In this document: piece after piece, positions 13,357-25,713 of the stretch
Numbering within the stretch: position 1 is the first letter of the stretch
Layout: every line of letters starts with the position of its first letter
Source: Nemertoderma westbladi
Lineage: Eukaryota > Animalia > Xenacoelomorpha
NCBI GenBank assembly: GCA_032718475.1
Contig: JAUCBJ010002255.1
Span: 1 to 45,554 of the forward strand
Direction: 5' to 3'
Length of the DNA stretch: 45,554 nt
Notes under the pieces: model-generated
What the model was told of the DNA's origin: nothing
The model's database searches: none
Seen by the model: the letters and a program-made list of their open reading frames with translations, nothing else
Made by a program: the position numbers and the translations under genes

Positions 13357-13977
13357 TACCACCCAGTATAGAACTCAATAAATGAAGGACTGACAGTTCC
13401 TCCCCTCCAAACCCCCTCTTAATCTGCACCCGAACCCAAAGACACATACGGTAACAGTGTGTGCGATTGATGGCACGAAGGTATTGACAAAGAACAAAGA
13501 AGATTTAAGATAATGAATGCATCCGACCCAATTTTTGTCAGAAATATTAAAACTTATCTTATTAAAATGTCGATACAGTAATGATATTTAATTATTTTTC
13601 AATAATAAGTTTCCCAGGTCAATGCCTCAAGCGAAAAATACCTAAGCTAAAGTAATAATATTACTTTTCTAATAATGCTACAGAAATCCCATTAAATCAA
13701 TGTATTTCTGTAAGTGGTATGATAATTCATAATAATTCCAAACTCCCTAGGAATATAGAGTGAGGCAAGGAAAGCTGTTTGAATAGAGGAAATTTACAAG
13801 GAACTTTCAGTTTCCCAGCAAGCAATTTGCTGACGTCAATACATATTCACATATATGATGTGTTGGATAGCTTGATGGATAGAGGGTGTCTCAATGCCTC
13901 ATATTTTGCCCATAGATTCTATGGAGGATACCGGTACAGCGCAGCAGTGTAGAAACGAAGATTTTGAAAGGGTAAAT

Positions 13978-14170
13978 TACTACTACTACTAGGTCGTGCG
14001 AGCTCGGACAGTGGAAGTGAGATCCTTCCAGGCTTCCCGATTCTCCATAGTTGTCGCAATTTCGTTTCTCCCAAGTTCAGTATCCCTTTCAAGTTGATCT
14101 ATATATGTTATGGCCGGTCGTCCACGACTACGCTTTCCATGAGTTGGTTGCCAGAAAAGTAGATCGGTTG
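13978..14170 (-). mobile_element. 3' end fragment of a second RTE family
   Basis: LLFWQPTHGKRSRGRPAITYIDQLERDT...MENREAW, with the stop running into a (TAG)n tail. Confidence 0.85.
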
Positions 14171-14533
14171 GGTGCAATCTTCGCCCGCGTCCAACCTTCG
14201 CCCGGGGGAAACCTTCGCCCGCGTGTGCAACCTTTCGCCCAATAAGATTTGTGTTAGTAACAATTTTAATTACCAAATGAGGGAAAGGAGCAGGTTGCAG
14301 AGACGGCTTTTTCTAACCAAAACAATAAACAATGTTGTTACCAATTGAGGGAAAAGAGCAGGTTACAGAGACGGCTTTTTCTAACCAAAACAATCATTGT
14401 TCAGAGGGCGAAGGTTGCTCGCGGGCGAAGATTGTCTACGGGCGAAGGTTTCCGCTGGGCGATAGTTGCTCATTTTGAGGGCGAAGATTGCTCCGGGCGA
14501 ATATTGGACGCGAACGAAGTTTCCTCCCACAAC
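14170..14533. mobile_element. MITE-like foldback element with CTTCGCCC subterminal repeats
   Basis: Four TTCGCCC motifs on the left and about six inverted GGGCGA(A) motifs on the right. An internal direct repeat of about 56 bp lies at 14271 and 14339. Confidence 0.7.
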
Positions 14534-15011
14534 AAGGGGGCCTCCTACAATAATACTGTACAAGAAAAAATGTTATAAAAATAATGACATTATATAATAA
14601 GAATATTACTGTATTGAATTGAATAACATTATTATTTGAACTATTATTATATTAATATAATATTTCATTTATTGTTATGTTAAAAATTATTAATATAATA
14701 CATTTTCGGAAATATATCATCAATCCCTTACAGTTAAAATTATTAATTATCATGGCGTGCGTAAGGGCCTCTGAACCAGAGGGGCCCGTAAGGCCTATAG
14801 CCAGTAACAGAGGCAAACCAAACCAAGCCATTTCATATTCAAATTGTTATTCTGGATTAAATTAAAAAAAAATATTTCACGTAAATTCAAGTAAATTCGC
14901 TCGTGAATTTACTGTGCGGACCCGTATATTTAAAGATTATGTTTTAGTATGATCCATTACTGATAGTTAACCACTACCGGTACACCTGTGGCTAATAATA
15001 AAAACTTATAA

Positions 15012-15175
15012 TAAACTTTTTAAAAATGTTTTTTAAACTTTTTAAAAATGTTTTTTAAACTTTTTAAAAATGTTTTTTAAACTTTTTAAAAATGTTTTTT
15101 AAACTTTTTAAAAATGTTTTTTAAACTTTTTAACAATGTTTTTTAAACTTTTTAAAAATGTTTTTTAAACTTTTT
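15012..15175. repeat. 22-bp AT-rich tandem repeat (about 7 copies)
   Basis: Unit TAAACTTTTTAAAAATGTTTTT. Confidence 0.95.
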
Positions 15176-15981
15176 TTTATTTACCCACACTTGTTTTTGT
15201 TTTACCCCATTTTGGGGTAAATAAAAACATCACTTTTTTTACCACAAAATCGTTAAATATATGTTTAGGTGATATTGTTGGATGATCATTAAATTACATT
15301 TTTGATTAGTTTTCAGACAATACCAAATTTATTTAAATCCATGGAATATTAACAATTTTATTATATTTTATTATGTGCATTTTAACATTTAAATTTAATT
15401 AAATTACAGTACCCTAACCATAAACTTTAAATGCATTTTCTGGCGAATGCAATTTATAAATTTCAAATTACAAAGGCTTTTTACAACAGAATCAATAATA
15501 TAAATCGCTGAATTTTGTTATACAAAGTTGGTGTTAGATGTTGAAACTATTGTATAGACAAATTTTTGAAATTTTGAGTTTATCCATAATTTTAACTAAA
15601 TATTTCTTCATTTTTCGAGATTTTCTGGAATTTTTCGTGTTTTTTTTTTGGTTGTAATTTTTGAAAATTAGCTGTAAAATGAAAACGGTACATAATATCA
15701 AAATCCTGTCTATAGGATTCATCGTGTAAGGTAATCCGGACATGCATAAAATTTCATTAAAATTAATTGTAAATCGTGGGAGCTTTGCAATTTTTTGAAT
15801 AATTGCATAAATTATGTTAATTAGGTAAAAAATTTGAATTAAAAAAAAATGTTGAAATATTTTATCCCGCAATTGTATACAAGTGTGTAAAACATCAATT
15901 AATTTGGATAAAATGCAATGGAATCTCCTAAATAAGGGGATGAATATTTCTAGTCAACTAAGGACTTCCCCCCCCCCTTCC

Positions 15982-16140
15982 CCCCTTAAATTGTTACATT
16001 TCGCTCGATTATACCCCAAAATCGTGAGAAACGTTTACTTTTACGATACTTTTTTTAACGATACTTTTTCCCTAGGGAAAAAGTAACCAATATGATTGCA
16101 CTGATTTTACTTTTTTTCCCGGAGAAAAAAGTAAATTACG
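15982..16140 (+). repeat. Dispersed repeat; a diverged inverted copy lies at about 27365-27513
   Basis: CTTAAATTGTTAC...ATACCCCAAAATC...TTTTCCC.AGGGAAAAA.GTAACC...TTTTCCCGG matches the reverse complement of about 27365-27513. Confidence 0.7.
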
Positions 16141-16804
16141 TTTTGGTGGTATTTCTCAAATTTTAATACATGTGTTAAAGGAGCATTGAAGTATAAAATG
16201 TTTGCAAGTAGGCCTAATTTAGTAAAATCCATACACACTCAAAAATTGCAATTTTAGAGTCTGCCAGGCGAATGCGGCTCTACTAGGTTAAAGTATATTA
16301 CTTATTCGAGAACACTAAATTATTTAACATTGAGTAAGACAGCATCAGGAGTTGAAGAGTACAGTAATTTGAATCCATTAACTATGGAAGCAATATTATA
16401 GAAAAATACTGCAGTTCAATTTATTTTGTAACAATATATCGCTCGATCTTTTATTAGAATTGAGCAACAAAAAAGTACCAATTTAAGAATAAAATTACGT
16501 ATTACATGGGAAAAAAACGTCGAACATTTTTTTCAATATTCTTTCGACCCTTTATTAAATTAATTCTACTTTATACTATTAACCTCTACTCTAAAAAGTT
16601 ATACTTTTTTTCCCACGTATATAATAAATTATTATTATTGACAAAAAAGGAAAGTTTTTTTTAACCCCTATGACTTTATAATATTAATTTAAGTCAAGGT
16701 CAGTAAAGGTGTCAACATGTATGCCACATTTACAGTAAATCGTTTAGTAACGTTCACAGAGACTATTTAAAAGGAAAGCAAGAAATAAATAACAACCCTA
16801 GAAA

Positions 16805-17788
16805 TCATTTACAGAATTTATCTGACTTCATCATTTCTCTCCTGTCCAACAATAGTTCATGTAAATCACCTGATTTCTTCGCATCTTCTAAGAACTTCCG
16901 ACTTTCTGGGTTAATTCGAATCCTTCGATCTTGGAAACTTTGAAACCGTTTGACATACGCCAATTCGCACTCGCCAAGATCCCCAGCAACTAAACCCTCT
17001 TCCTCCAACTCCTCCCTGCTTCGTTTACTCCCCTTGCTCCCTGGCACGCTCGGGTCGCCTCTCAAAGTAACAAACTCCCTGCTCCCTGCGTTATTGCTTT
17101 TAGCTTCCAGCTCCCCAGTTCGCTGATTAAAAGACGCGAAGTTATTATTAGCCGCTAGAACCGCTCCCTTTTCCCCCTCCCACACCGGCTCCCATTGCTC
17201 CCTGCTCCCTATAGCCTCACTCCTTCCTGTTACCACGCTATGGGGAGTTACGCTCAGGAATTTCCCATAGCCGGATTTTAGAGCTAGTTTATTTTCGCCA
17301 ATCTTAATAACAGTAAACTGTTCTTCTGGGGACGGCCCCCCATTGGTTAGTTCTAATACTTCCTTATCGTCCTCGGTTTCTTCTGCATCAATTTTATGTT
17401 GATCTCTAATCAGTTTATTTCCCTCCGACGTTACATTACTTCCCTCATCTGTCTCTACTTTATTTCCCTCTGCCTCTCCTTTATTTCCCTCTGCTGCCAC
17501 TTTATTAGCGGCAACCCTCACGGGTCCCAGCTTTATGTCCCCGTTATCCTCGGCCCGCCAGTACCTGTATGGTTCGTCGCTCTCTATCGCCAACACCGAT
17601 CCGATATCGGCGAACCGCCCCACCGCCCACCAACCCCCGTGGGATTCTGCATCCGGATCCGGCACCGAATCCGCTGCGCTTTTGTGCGATGGTTTATCGG
17701 ATTTGCGTTTCTTACGATGACGCGGCCTTTCCTCATCTTTGCCTTTCTTTAGTCGAAGTTTACCTCTGTTATATGATGAATATTCCAT
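16805..17788 (-). CDS. FRG1: FRG1 homolog, intronless, 327 aa
   Basis: Basic N-terminal NLS, GGWW, GPSPEEQFTVIKIGENKLALKSGYGKFLSV, SEAIGSREQWEPV, YVKRFQSFQD and the C-terminus LHELLLDRREMMKSDKFCK. Confidence 0.96.
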   Translation of the reverse strand: MEYSSYNRGKLRLKKGKDEERPRHRKKRKSDKPSHKSAADSVPDPDAESHGGWWAVGRFADIGSVLAIESDEPYRYWRAEDNGDIKLGPVRVAANKVAAEGNKGEAEGNKVETDEGSNVTSEGNKLIRDQHKIDAEETEDDKEVLELTNGGPSPEEQFTVIKIGENKLALKSGYGKFLSVTPHSVVTGRSEAIGSREQWEPVWEGEKGAVLAANNNFASFNQRTGELEAKSNNAGSREFVTLRGDPSVPGSKGSKRSREELEEEGLVAGDLGECELAYVKRFQSFQDRRIRINPESRKFLEDAKKSGDLHELLLDRREMMKSDKFCK

Positions 17789-18665
17789 CCTGCATTTAAT
17801 TATAAGCTCCGGCTAGGCAGAGGTTACCGGGTGAGTCGTGAGTGTAGTGAACTGCAGAACTGGCAGACTGGCTGACTTGATCCTGGATCTGGAACTGGAA
17901 CTCCAACTAACGGAAACGGACTGTAAATATATCTGAATATTTCAGCAATTTGTCATTTAAGATCCGGGAAAATACTCCAGGTAGGCCCACTGTCTGAGTG
18001 TCTGACTCTGATCTGACAGTAGTACTGTAGTAAGTGCAACTACAACATGCTGTTACCGGTTCTCTTGTAGGCCTACTGCTGTATTGTTGTACAGAAGTTT
18101 AGGGATATCAGATGAGGTGTCAAGGTAGTCCTACTCAACTCAGGGACTTGTTGAACTTGAAACTTGAAAGGGACTGAAACAATAATAAACGAGAGTTAGG
18201 AATACTAGGAAATCAAATTTATACCGGTACCGGTACACAATGTGCAATGCCTCCTCACACTGTACAGTAATACTGTAATAACTGTCAGACTGACAGACTG
18301 ATGGAGCTGGACTGTAATGATCCAATATTTTGAAATTCCCGCTTATGTTATTTATAATATTCCATACTAAGTTGCCTGGCGACTGTACATTATTGGCAGG
18401 GTCAATAGATACGGTAAGGGTAGATAAAGTTTTAATAGCCAGTAAGTGGTGATTGATAGTTTGTTGGCAAAACTTGATAACTAAATTTTAATACTTACTT
18501 AGAGAAACAAATACAGCAATGTTTTATCCTTTGAGTTTCAACAGTTTGTTTTATTAGGAAATACAGTAGTATACAGCCAGTTGTTTGTTATAATATAATA
18601 TTATATAATATAGCAGTTATAACAAATTATAACAATACTGGTTTTATATACAATATGAGGTTATA

Positions 18666-20374
18666 ATGTCGGAAATATTAGACGAGGAGGGCCTCAGTAA
18701 AGTTTCTATAAACAAAATTTTGGAAGAACATGTAAGTGAGAGTACAGTAAATAAAAATGCATATCGCTCAAGAAAATCGACAAAATTAACAATGATTACG
18801 AGCAAAATTTGAGCTATAAGAACCCGTGTTATTAACTTTATTATTATTTTGGCTACAAAAGTTTCACAACATTTAAAAAGAGTGTTTGATGCAGTCTTAT
18901 ACACTGGTAGGCACTTCTATTTTTGTAGACCTGGTAGGCACTACTAGTATTTTACCTCCCAAATTAGAATTGTAAATCTTTTGAAACATATACTTTCGCC
19001 CATGTGAAGAATATGAGGTTTTAATTTTCACATGTCCCTCGAAGGGTTAAAAACGAGATCGCTAAGTCAACAAGTTTCCCCTTGCAGTTAAAATATGATG
19101 CCGCCGCATCGCGCAATGCTGTTTTTCTACAAAATTTTCATAGAAAGCAGGAATTTTAGATTTTTTTATACTGGACATTTCGAAGAGACTCTTCTAGTAG
19201 ACGTTAACACAGCCCATAATATCTCTCCACACAGAAGCATCTAATTCGAGAGAAACAGTATCAACTGAGTTTACAGTTCCGGCAAGTCATTCGCGGTTTC
19301 TCTGAGGAAGAAAATATAAAAGAATTGGAAAGACAATTAGAAGAATGCCGTGTAATGGTTGTTCAATGCCAGGGGAGTGAATGCACTGTAGCTATTCAAA
19401 CTGTAACTATGTACAGTACCTATACTACAGCACTATTCATATGCATTGCATGAATGTATTAAGTATAGACTTACAGTAGGCCTACATACGTGTCGTATAC
19501 ACTGAAATTGTTGATTAAAAACATTAGAACAAAAGCTTTAAGAAAAAAAACAACTCACCTTATAATTTTAATGACAAAGAACTCGACCAGAGCTGTAAAG
19601 TCTACATTACCGGTACTGTACTTCACCATTGAATGTGCAGATGTAATGTAAATACTGTATGTTGTCATCAGAGTTAGGGGTATAATGTGCAACATTAACA
19701 ACTTGCAGTTAATACTAACGACTCAAATTAATGTTAACATTTTGGGATAAGTGGCATATAATTTATGTATAGGACTGCAATTAAAAGTCAGTGATGTTTT
19801 CTCCCTTAACGGGGTCAGAACCTAACAGTAACCAAATTAAAATTTCACCCCAAAATACTAACATAATATTATTATTATTAAAATTAAAATTATAATCCTA
19901 GGTTCTTTCAAAACTCCTGGCTGAGGAGCGCCATCTTGTGTCTGTTCGTCATTCGAAGCAACTCACAGAAAAAAGTGCAGCAACAGGTCGTCTGAGGGAG
20001 AGGTGGCTTAAAGAGAGAGCATTAGCCACCATGGGCCAATTACCAGACAAATTATGGTGGCAGGTAACAATTATATTTAAACTAAATAGTATTAAATCAG
20101 TAAAAATAAATAAAAGTAATATAATCCATAAAACACATTTTATTTACTACTGTATTTTTAGTTAAGAGGACCAGAAGATATTTCGGCGATTATAACTCCA
20201 CCCCCGTCACCGGAAACGGAAGAGCCATTAACTGAGGATGAAGATACCCTGGAGGACTTAGATGTGGAAAGGAAAAACTTGAAGAAGATTTACAAGAAAC
20301 ACAGAATACAGATCAAATCTATGGCACTTTCTGTAAAGGCTATTGGTGCATTAACAGAAGGTGGTGATGGTTAG
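18666..20374 (+). CDS. Uncharacterised 146-aa protein, three exons (18666-18731, 19902-20063, 20162-20374)
   Basis: Junctions CAT|GTAAGT, CCTAG|GTT, CAG|GTAACA and TTTTAG|TTA are all phase 0. They join into a stop-free MSEILDEEGL...GALTEGGDG*. Confidence 0.7.
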
Positions 20375-20782
20375 TATACATACGGTAGTAATATTATTAT
20401 CATTAAGAGTAGGCATACTTAATTGAGCTTGTGAGAGCATATACATGTACAATCATCTATTCAAGCAATATAAGCATAACACAACCATGAATAATATACA
20501 TAAGAATATGCATCAGGAATAAACACGTAATTTGGTAATAAAGCGACATACAGTACATACGGTAGGCAATAAAATAAAATCGTAATTTAAACCTAGTAGC
20601 TACAGCATACTAAAAGCGCATACAAAAAACCTTTGAGGCTTGATATCTCAGAATGAGGTTTTCTGCTTTTTGGAGTTACGTGCCTTTAGGCCTACCTTTT
20701 GAAACTAGACTAACAGACTAACCCAACTGTTGCATCCTGGCCTGCTAGTGCTGGCTATCAAACATCAAATACAAAATTCTAA

Positions 20783-21268
<486 letters not shown>

Positions 21269-21932
21269 TGAGTTTTATTCGACTTTTCCTTTATACATTA
21301 CTGCATTACAAAGCCCACTGTTTGATTGTTACGCAGTGTTCCTACGCTTTAATATAATTTAATCTAATTAGGTTCCTATTTTAACATAATATAGACGAGA
21401 CCTACATACATTTATTTATACTAACTAGGCTATACCGATCGTTCAACGCAGCAACGTCTATGTTCGGATGTAACTCTGTAACTACTATTAAAATCATTGT
21501 TTAAGAAGAGTAAGAAATCCTTTAAACATATACATATTATTACAGTATTATAAGTAGCTGTATTAGTAGGAAGGAATTGTAGATTTTACACATTATAAAA
21601 CTATGTGAGACAAAGGAAATGCACACTGCACCCACACAGTACTGCATACTGCAGTATGTATATTTGTTGATTTTTCATTGACTTATATTTGTTTCTTATG
21701 TAGGTTAGTAAATGAACAAGTTACCAAAACGAGTTATGATTATTGCAGAAAAACCTGAATTCAATTAATCACATGTCTTTCTAGAAAATTAAATTCATTT
21801 AAAAATTAAATTTCAATATTAATCGAATAACAAACACCATCATCTATCAAAGGAATGTTTAAATTGGCGAGTAAATTCAATTTTATCATTTCGTTTGTGT
21901 TATAATTAATATTTATCCTGTACATCTTATAA

Positions 21933-22649
<717 letters not shown>

Positions 22650-23693
22650 TCGTACGGATTGTTTAATACTATGCAACTTAGCGAATTTACATGACATTGA
22701 CCCATTGATGGGACATTGATTGTGACCCATCGACAACAATTTGTGTCCCAATAAAGTGTCAGAATGCTCAAGATATTTCGTTACACAATCCTATCAATCC
22801 AATAGCGACTGTCTCGGTCACACGAATAACTTATACGGCTTCTTATTCAATCATTCAACAAGGAGCGACTCACTATTTCTTTTTTTATTCTACATTTATT
22901 TTTAATACTGTAATATCTCGTCCATTAATATTTTAATAATGACCCAATAATAATGCAGTTAGGAATTTAACAATGTGCAATAATAATGATTATAATATGC
23001 AATTTTCACTTCAATTTATTGTCTTAAATTCACAGTTTTTGTTAGACTGGTTCACATTAAGTTTCAAAAATTATGCAAACTTGTATTAGCCTATGTTATA
23101 TTTATGTTAATGTCCACAGATGTAGCGGTAGCGCATCCATAGGAATATTATTAATGGCGGCGGGTCGCCGGTTCACTAAATGTATTTCCTTATAAACCGA
23201 ATATAGAAAGAGAAAGGGGCCTGTAAAAGTATACAATTAATATAAAGTTTATTATTAATTTCATTATTTATACCAGGTTTATCATTAATTAATTATGCAC
23301 TTTGTGACTGTGAATCTTGTGATTTCTGAACCAGTGTTTAATAAACTGTTTATTTGTCTTGGAATTCTCTGCTTGTAAGTAAATAAACATATAGACATAT
23401 CAATATTACTATTCGTTATTTTGTACAGGGCGCACACCATAGATATTATTGGATCTACAGATTCGCGTTTTCTTGTCTAACCGTTCTACAAGGATACCTA
23501 ATTGTGTACCTTCACTCTTGATTTCTCCACTACACATGCTAATAGCGGCTCGACCTGGTTCCCCGGCCTTGTTTTGCAGATAGGATGGATTTTCGATACA
23601 ATCAAAATTAATCCCCGGATAAATAATTTATTATACGCAAATAAAAATAATAGATGATTTACTCCCAAAAGTCAAACTGTAACCTGTAAGTAC

Positions 23694-23955
23694 TATAGAC
23701 TTTAGTTTAGTTCTTATAGACTTTAGTTTAGTTCTTATAGACTTTAGTTTAGTTCTTAAGGCATAACTACTACAACTACTATCGTCATGCCATGCTGCAT
23801 TGCAGCTGCATTATATATCTATTACATATATATATATATTAAGAATGCTGTGCCGGCTTGTCGACAAAATTGAGCCGCCACAACTCCCTATCACCCATGA
23901 ACCATGCCATTTGATTTGTCATAGACTTTAGTTTTGTTCTATAGACTTTAGTTTT
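23694..23955. repeat. 21-bp tandem repeat interrupted by a short RTE 3' end
   Basis: ATAGACTTTAGTTTAGTTCTT three times, then the insert, then two degenerate copies at about 23920-23955. Confidence 0.85.
23765..23900 (-). mobile_element. Short 3' fragment of the same RTE family as 9840-12276
   Basis: Near-identical to about 9855-9940 (CATGCTGCATTGCAGCTGCATT...TTAAGAATGCTGTGCCGGCTTGTC...CACCCATGA), with an extra (AT)n stretch. Confidence 0.9.
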
Positions 23956-24109
23956 TTGTTTTGGTTATAATAACGTTTTCATGATTTCTGAACTGTCAGA
24001 CTGTAGTACTGTGAGGCCAAACACTCAGCATTTTCCAATTTATCCGTCAGTATCCAACACATGTTAACTTTTGTTTTATTGTTTTGGTTCCCCCATCCGC
24101 CTCTGTTAA

Positions 24110-24404
24110 GGCCCGTTTACATCCAACGGAACGGTACACCGCGCGGTGTACCGCAGGGGCAGCGGTACACCCGCCTACTGTGAACGACCCAACAGGTAGT
24201 TGTGCGCTAAACCGCGCGGTTTACCGCAGCCCATTTAAACAATTAATGTAATTTCCTGTTGAATTCACAGTCGACAAATAGACAATCAGTTACCGCAACG
24301 GTACCGTTGGGTGTGAACGGGCTACGGGTAGTGTACCGCTGGCTTACCGCTTCAATACCGCCAGACTACTTTACCGCTCACGCACCATTGGATGTGAACG
24401 GGGC
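24110..24404. mobile_element. MITE of about 295 bp, PIF/Harbinger-like termini
   Basis: TIRs GGCCCGTTTACATCCAACGG and CCATTGGATGTGAACGGGGC, flanked by TTAA on both sides. A perfect 22-bp palindrome lies at 24132-24153. Confidence 0.85.
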
Positions 24405-24492
24405 TTAACCCTCTCCTTTATTAACTTGCCTACAACAGCACTACTGCACTACAAAAATGCAATTAGTGGATCATTAATGGAACTGATGAGAT

Positions 24493-24752
24493 CCCACCTT
24501 CTTGGTGTAGTGGTTGCATTGAATTCACAATTCACATCTCCCGTAGGTCGTGGGTTCGACCCTCACATGGGCCAGGGCAGTTTTCGTTTCGGCACGAATG
24601 CTTTAAAGGGACCAGCCAGGGCGCATCTCTGCCTTGCATCCTTAAGTGGTAGCTAAGTGAGTACTGGAGTTTCTTCCGTGCACTGGAAATAAGTCGTCAG
24701 ACTTTGTGCGTAATCCCTGGCCTAACGGCCTAAGACAATTTACTATTACTTT
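24493..24752 (+). mobile_element. tRNA-derived SINE
   Basis: A box TGGTGTAGTGG (24503-24513), B box GGTTCGACCC (24553-24562), core GCCTTGCATCCTT...TAAGTGAGTACT, 3' hairpin GGCCTAACGGCC and a TTTACTATTAC tail. Confidence 0.8.
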
Positions 24753-25005
24753 TATTGTATACGCCTAGTGATAATAATGTTATTATTTTGGCGTAATTAA
24801 TGTATGACCTCACCACAAAAGCGTAGCGTGGCGAACGGAACAGCGGAAGTAGTAATAAATAAATAAGCTTTCTTATCATTACTCTGTTATGGTACCGGTA
24901 GTGTAGGCCTAGAACTGTACCGGTACCGATTTCCTGTACTATACTTGGTTTGTCCCTTTTTCTGGTTTTACAATCTGTAGAAAGACATTCTTCCATAACC
25001 TGATA

Positions 25006-25713
25006 ATGTCACCGTTTATGCCGTGTTTGTGCCATATATCTGGTATTCGAATACTACCCACGCGTTTAAATCTCCAGAGAAACGTTTCCACAACATGCTA
25101 TCGTCGTCAACCAGCTATGAAACTGCTAACGAAACCTCCCAAACTCTCTCGCTTCCTCCCGCGCCCAACATGGTGGGCTGACCGACTTTCACCCCGACCT
25201 TACAGCACCCTAGACGATATGGGCAACATCGATATGGACCGGAACTACGAAGTCCTCCGTCCCTCGGAGATGGGAATCAACCCAGTGTTGGAGTACAGCC
25301 CCCAGGGCTTTATAGTTGGGGACAACTACGTCGTAGGCCCGTGCGTGATGGTCCACCGGGGAACCGCTGTACTGTGCTGGAACGTTGGCACTCCTCAGGA
25401 TATAAACCTCTCTTCTTTAAGTTTATTCTCTATTTTATCACCCCGCCCTGAACTTTTAATCATCGGAACAGGAGACAAAATGGTAGAACTAGATTCCTCT
25501 GTGCGGAACCATTTTATTAACTTAGGAATTGGTTTAGAAATTCTATCGACCCCTAAGGCCTGCCAAACTTACAATATTCTATTAATGGACAATCGGAATG
25601 TCAGCGCTGCTTTTATTCCAATTACGGAATCGAAGATAGTCGGGATTAAAGGAGTCAAAGGCACCGCAGATATATCCGTGACTTCTAAGTTGGAATCCGG
25701 GGAGTTAGGGTGA
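25006..25713 (+). CDS. NDUFAF3: NADH dehydrogenase complex I assembly factor 3 (Mth938-like domain), intronless
   Basis: Arg-rich N-terminus compatible with a mitochondrial presequence, then YSPQGFIV...VVGPC...WNV...SLSLF..LSPRPELLIIGTG...GIGLEILSTPKACQTYNILL...RNVSAAFIP. Confidence 0.9.
   Translation: MSPFMPCLCHISGIRILPTRLNLQRNVSTTCYRRQPAMKLLTKPPKLSRFLPRPTWWADRLSPRPYSTLDDMGNIDMDRNYEVLRPSEMGINPVLEYSPQGFIVGDNYVVGPCVMVHRGTAVLCWNVGTPQDINLSSLSLFSILSPRPELLIIGTGDKMVELDSSVRNHFINLGIGLEILSTPKACQTYNILLMDNRNVSAAFIPITESKIVGIKGVKGTADISVTSKLESGELG

Noticed and set aside
13238-13447. Poly-Gly/poly-Pro ORF and long G/C homopolymers
   Set aside because: These are subterminal homopolymers of the hAT MITE, and their lengths may include sequencing error.
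15410-16292. Possible piggyBac-like MITE ending in ...GGTTAA
   Set aside because: The right end looks TIR-like but the left end is too degenerate to define TIRs or a TSD.
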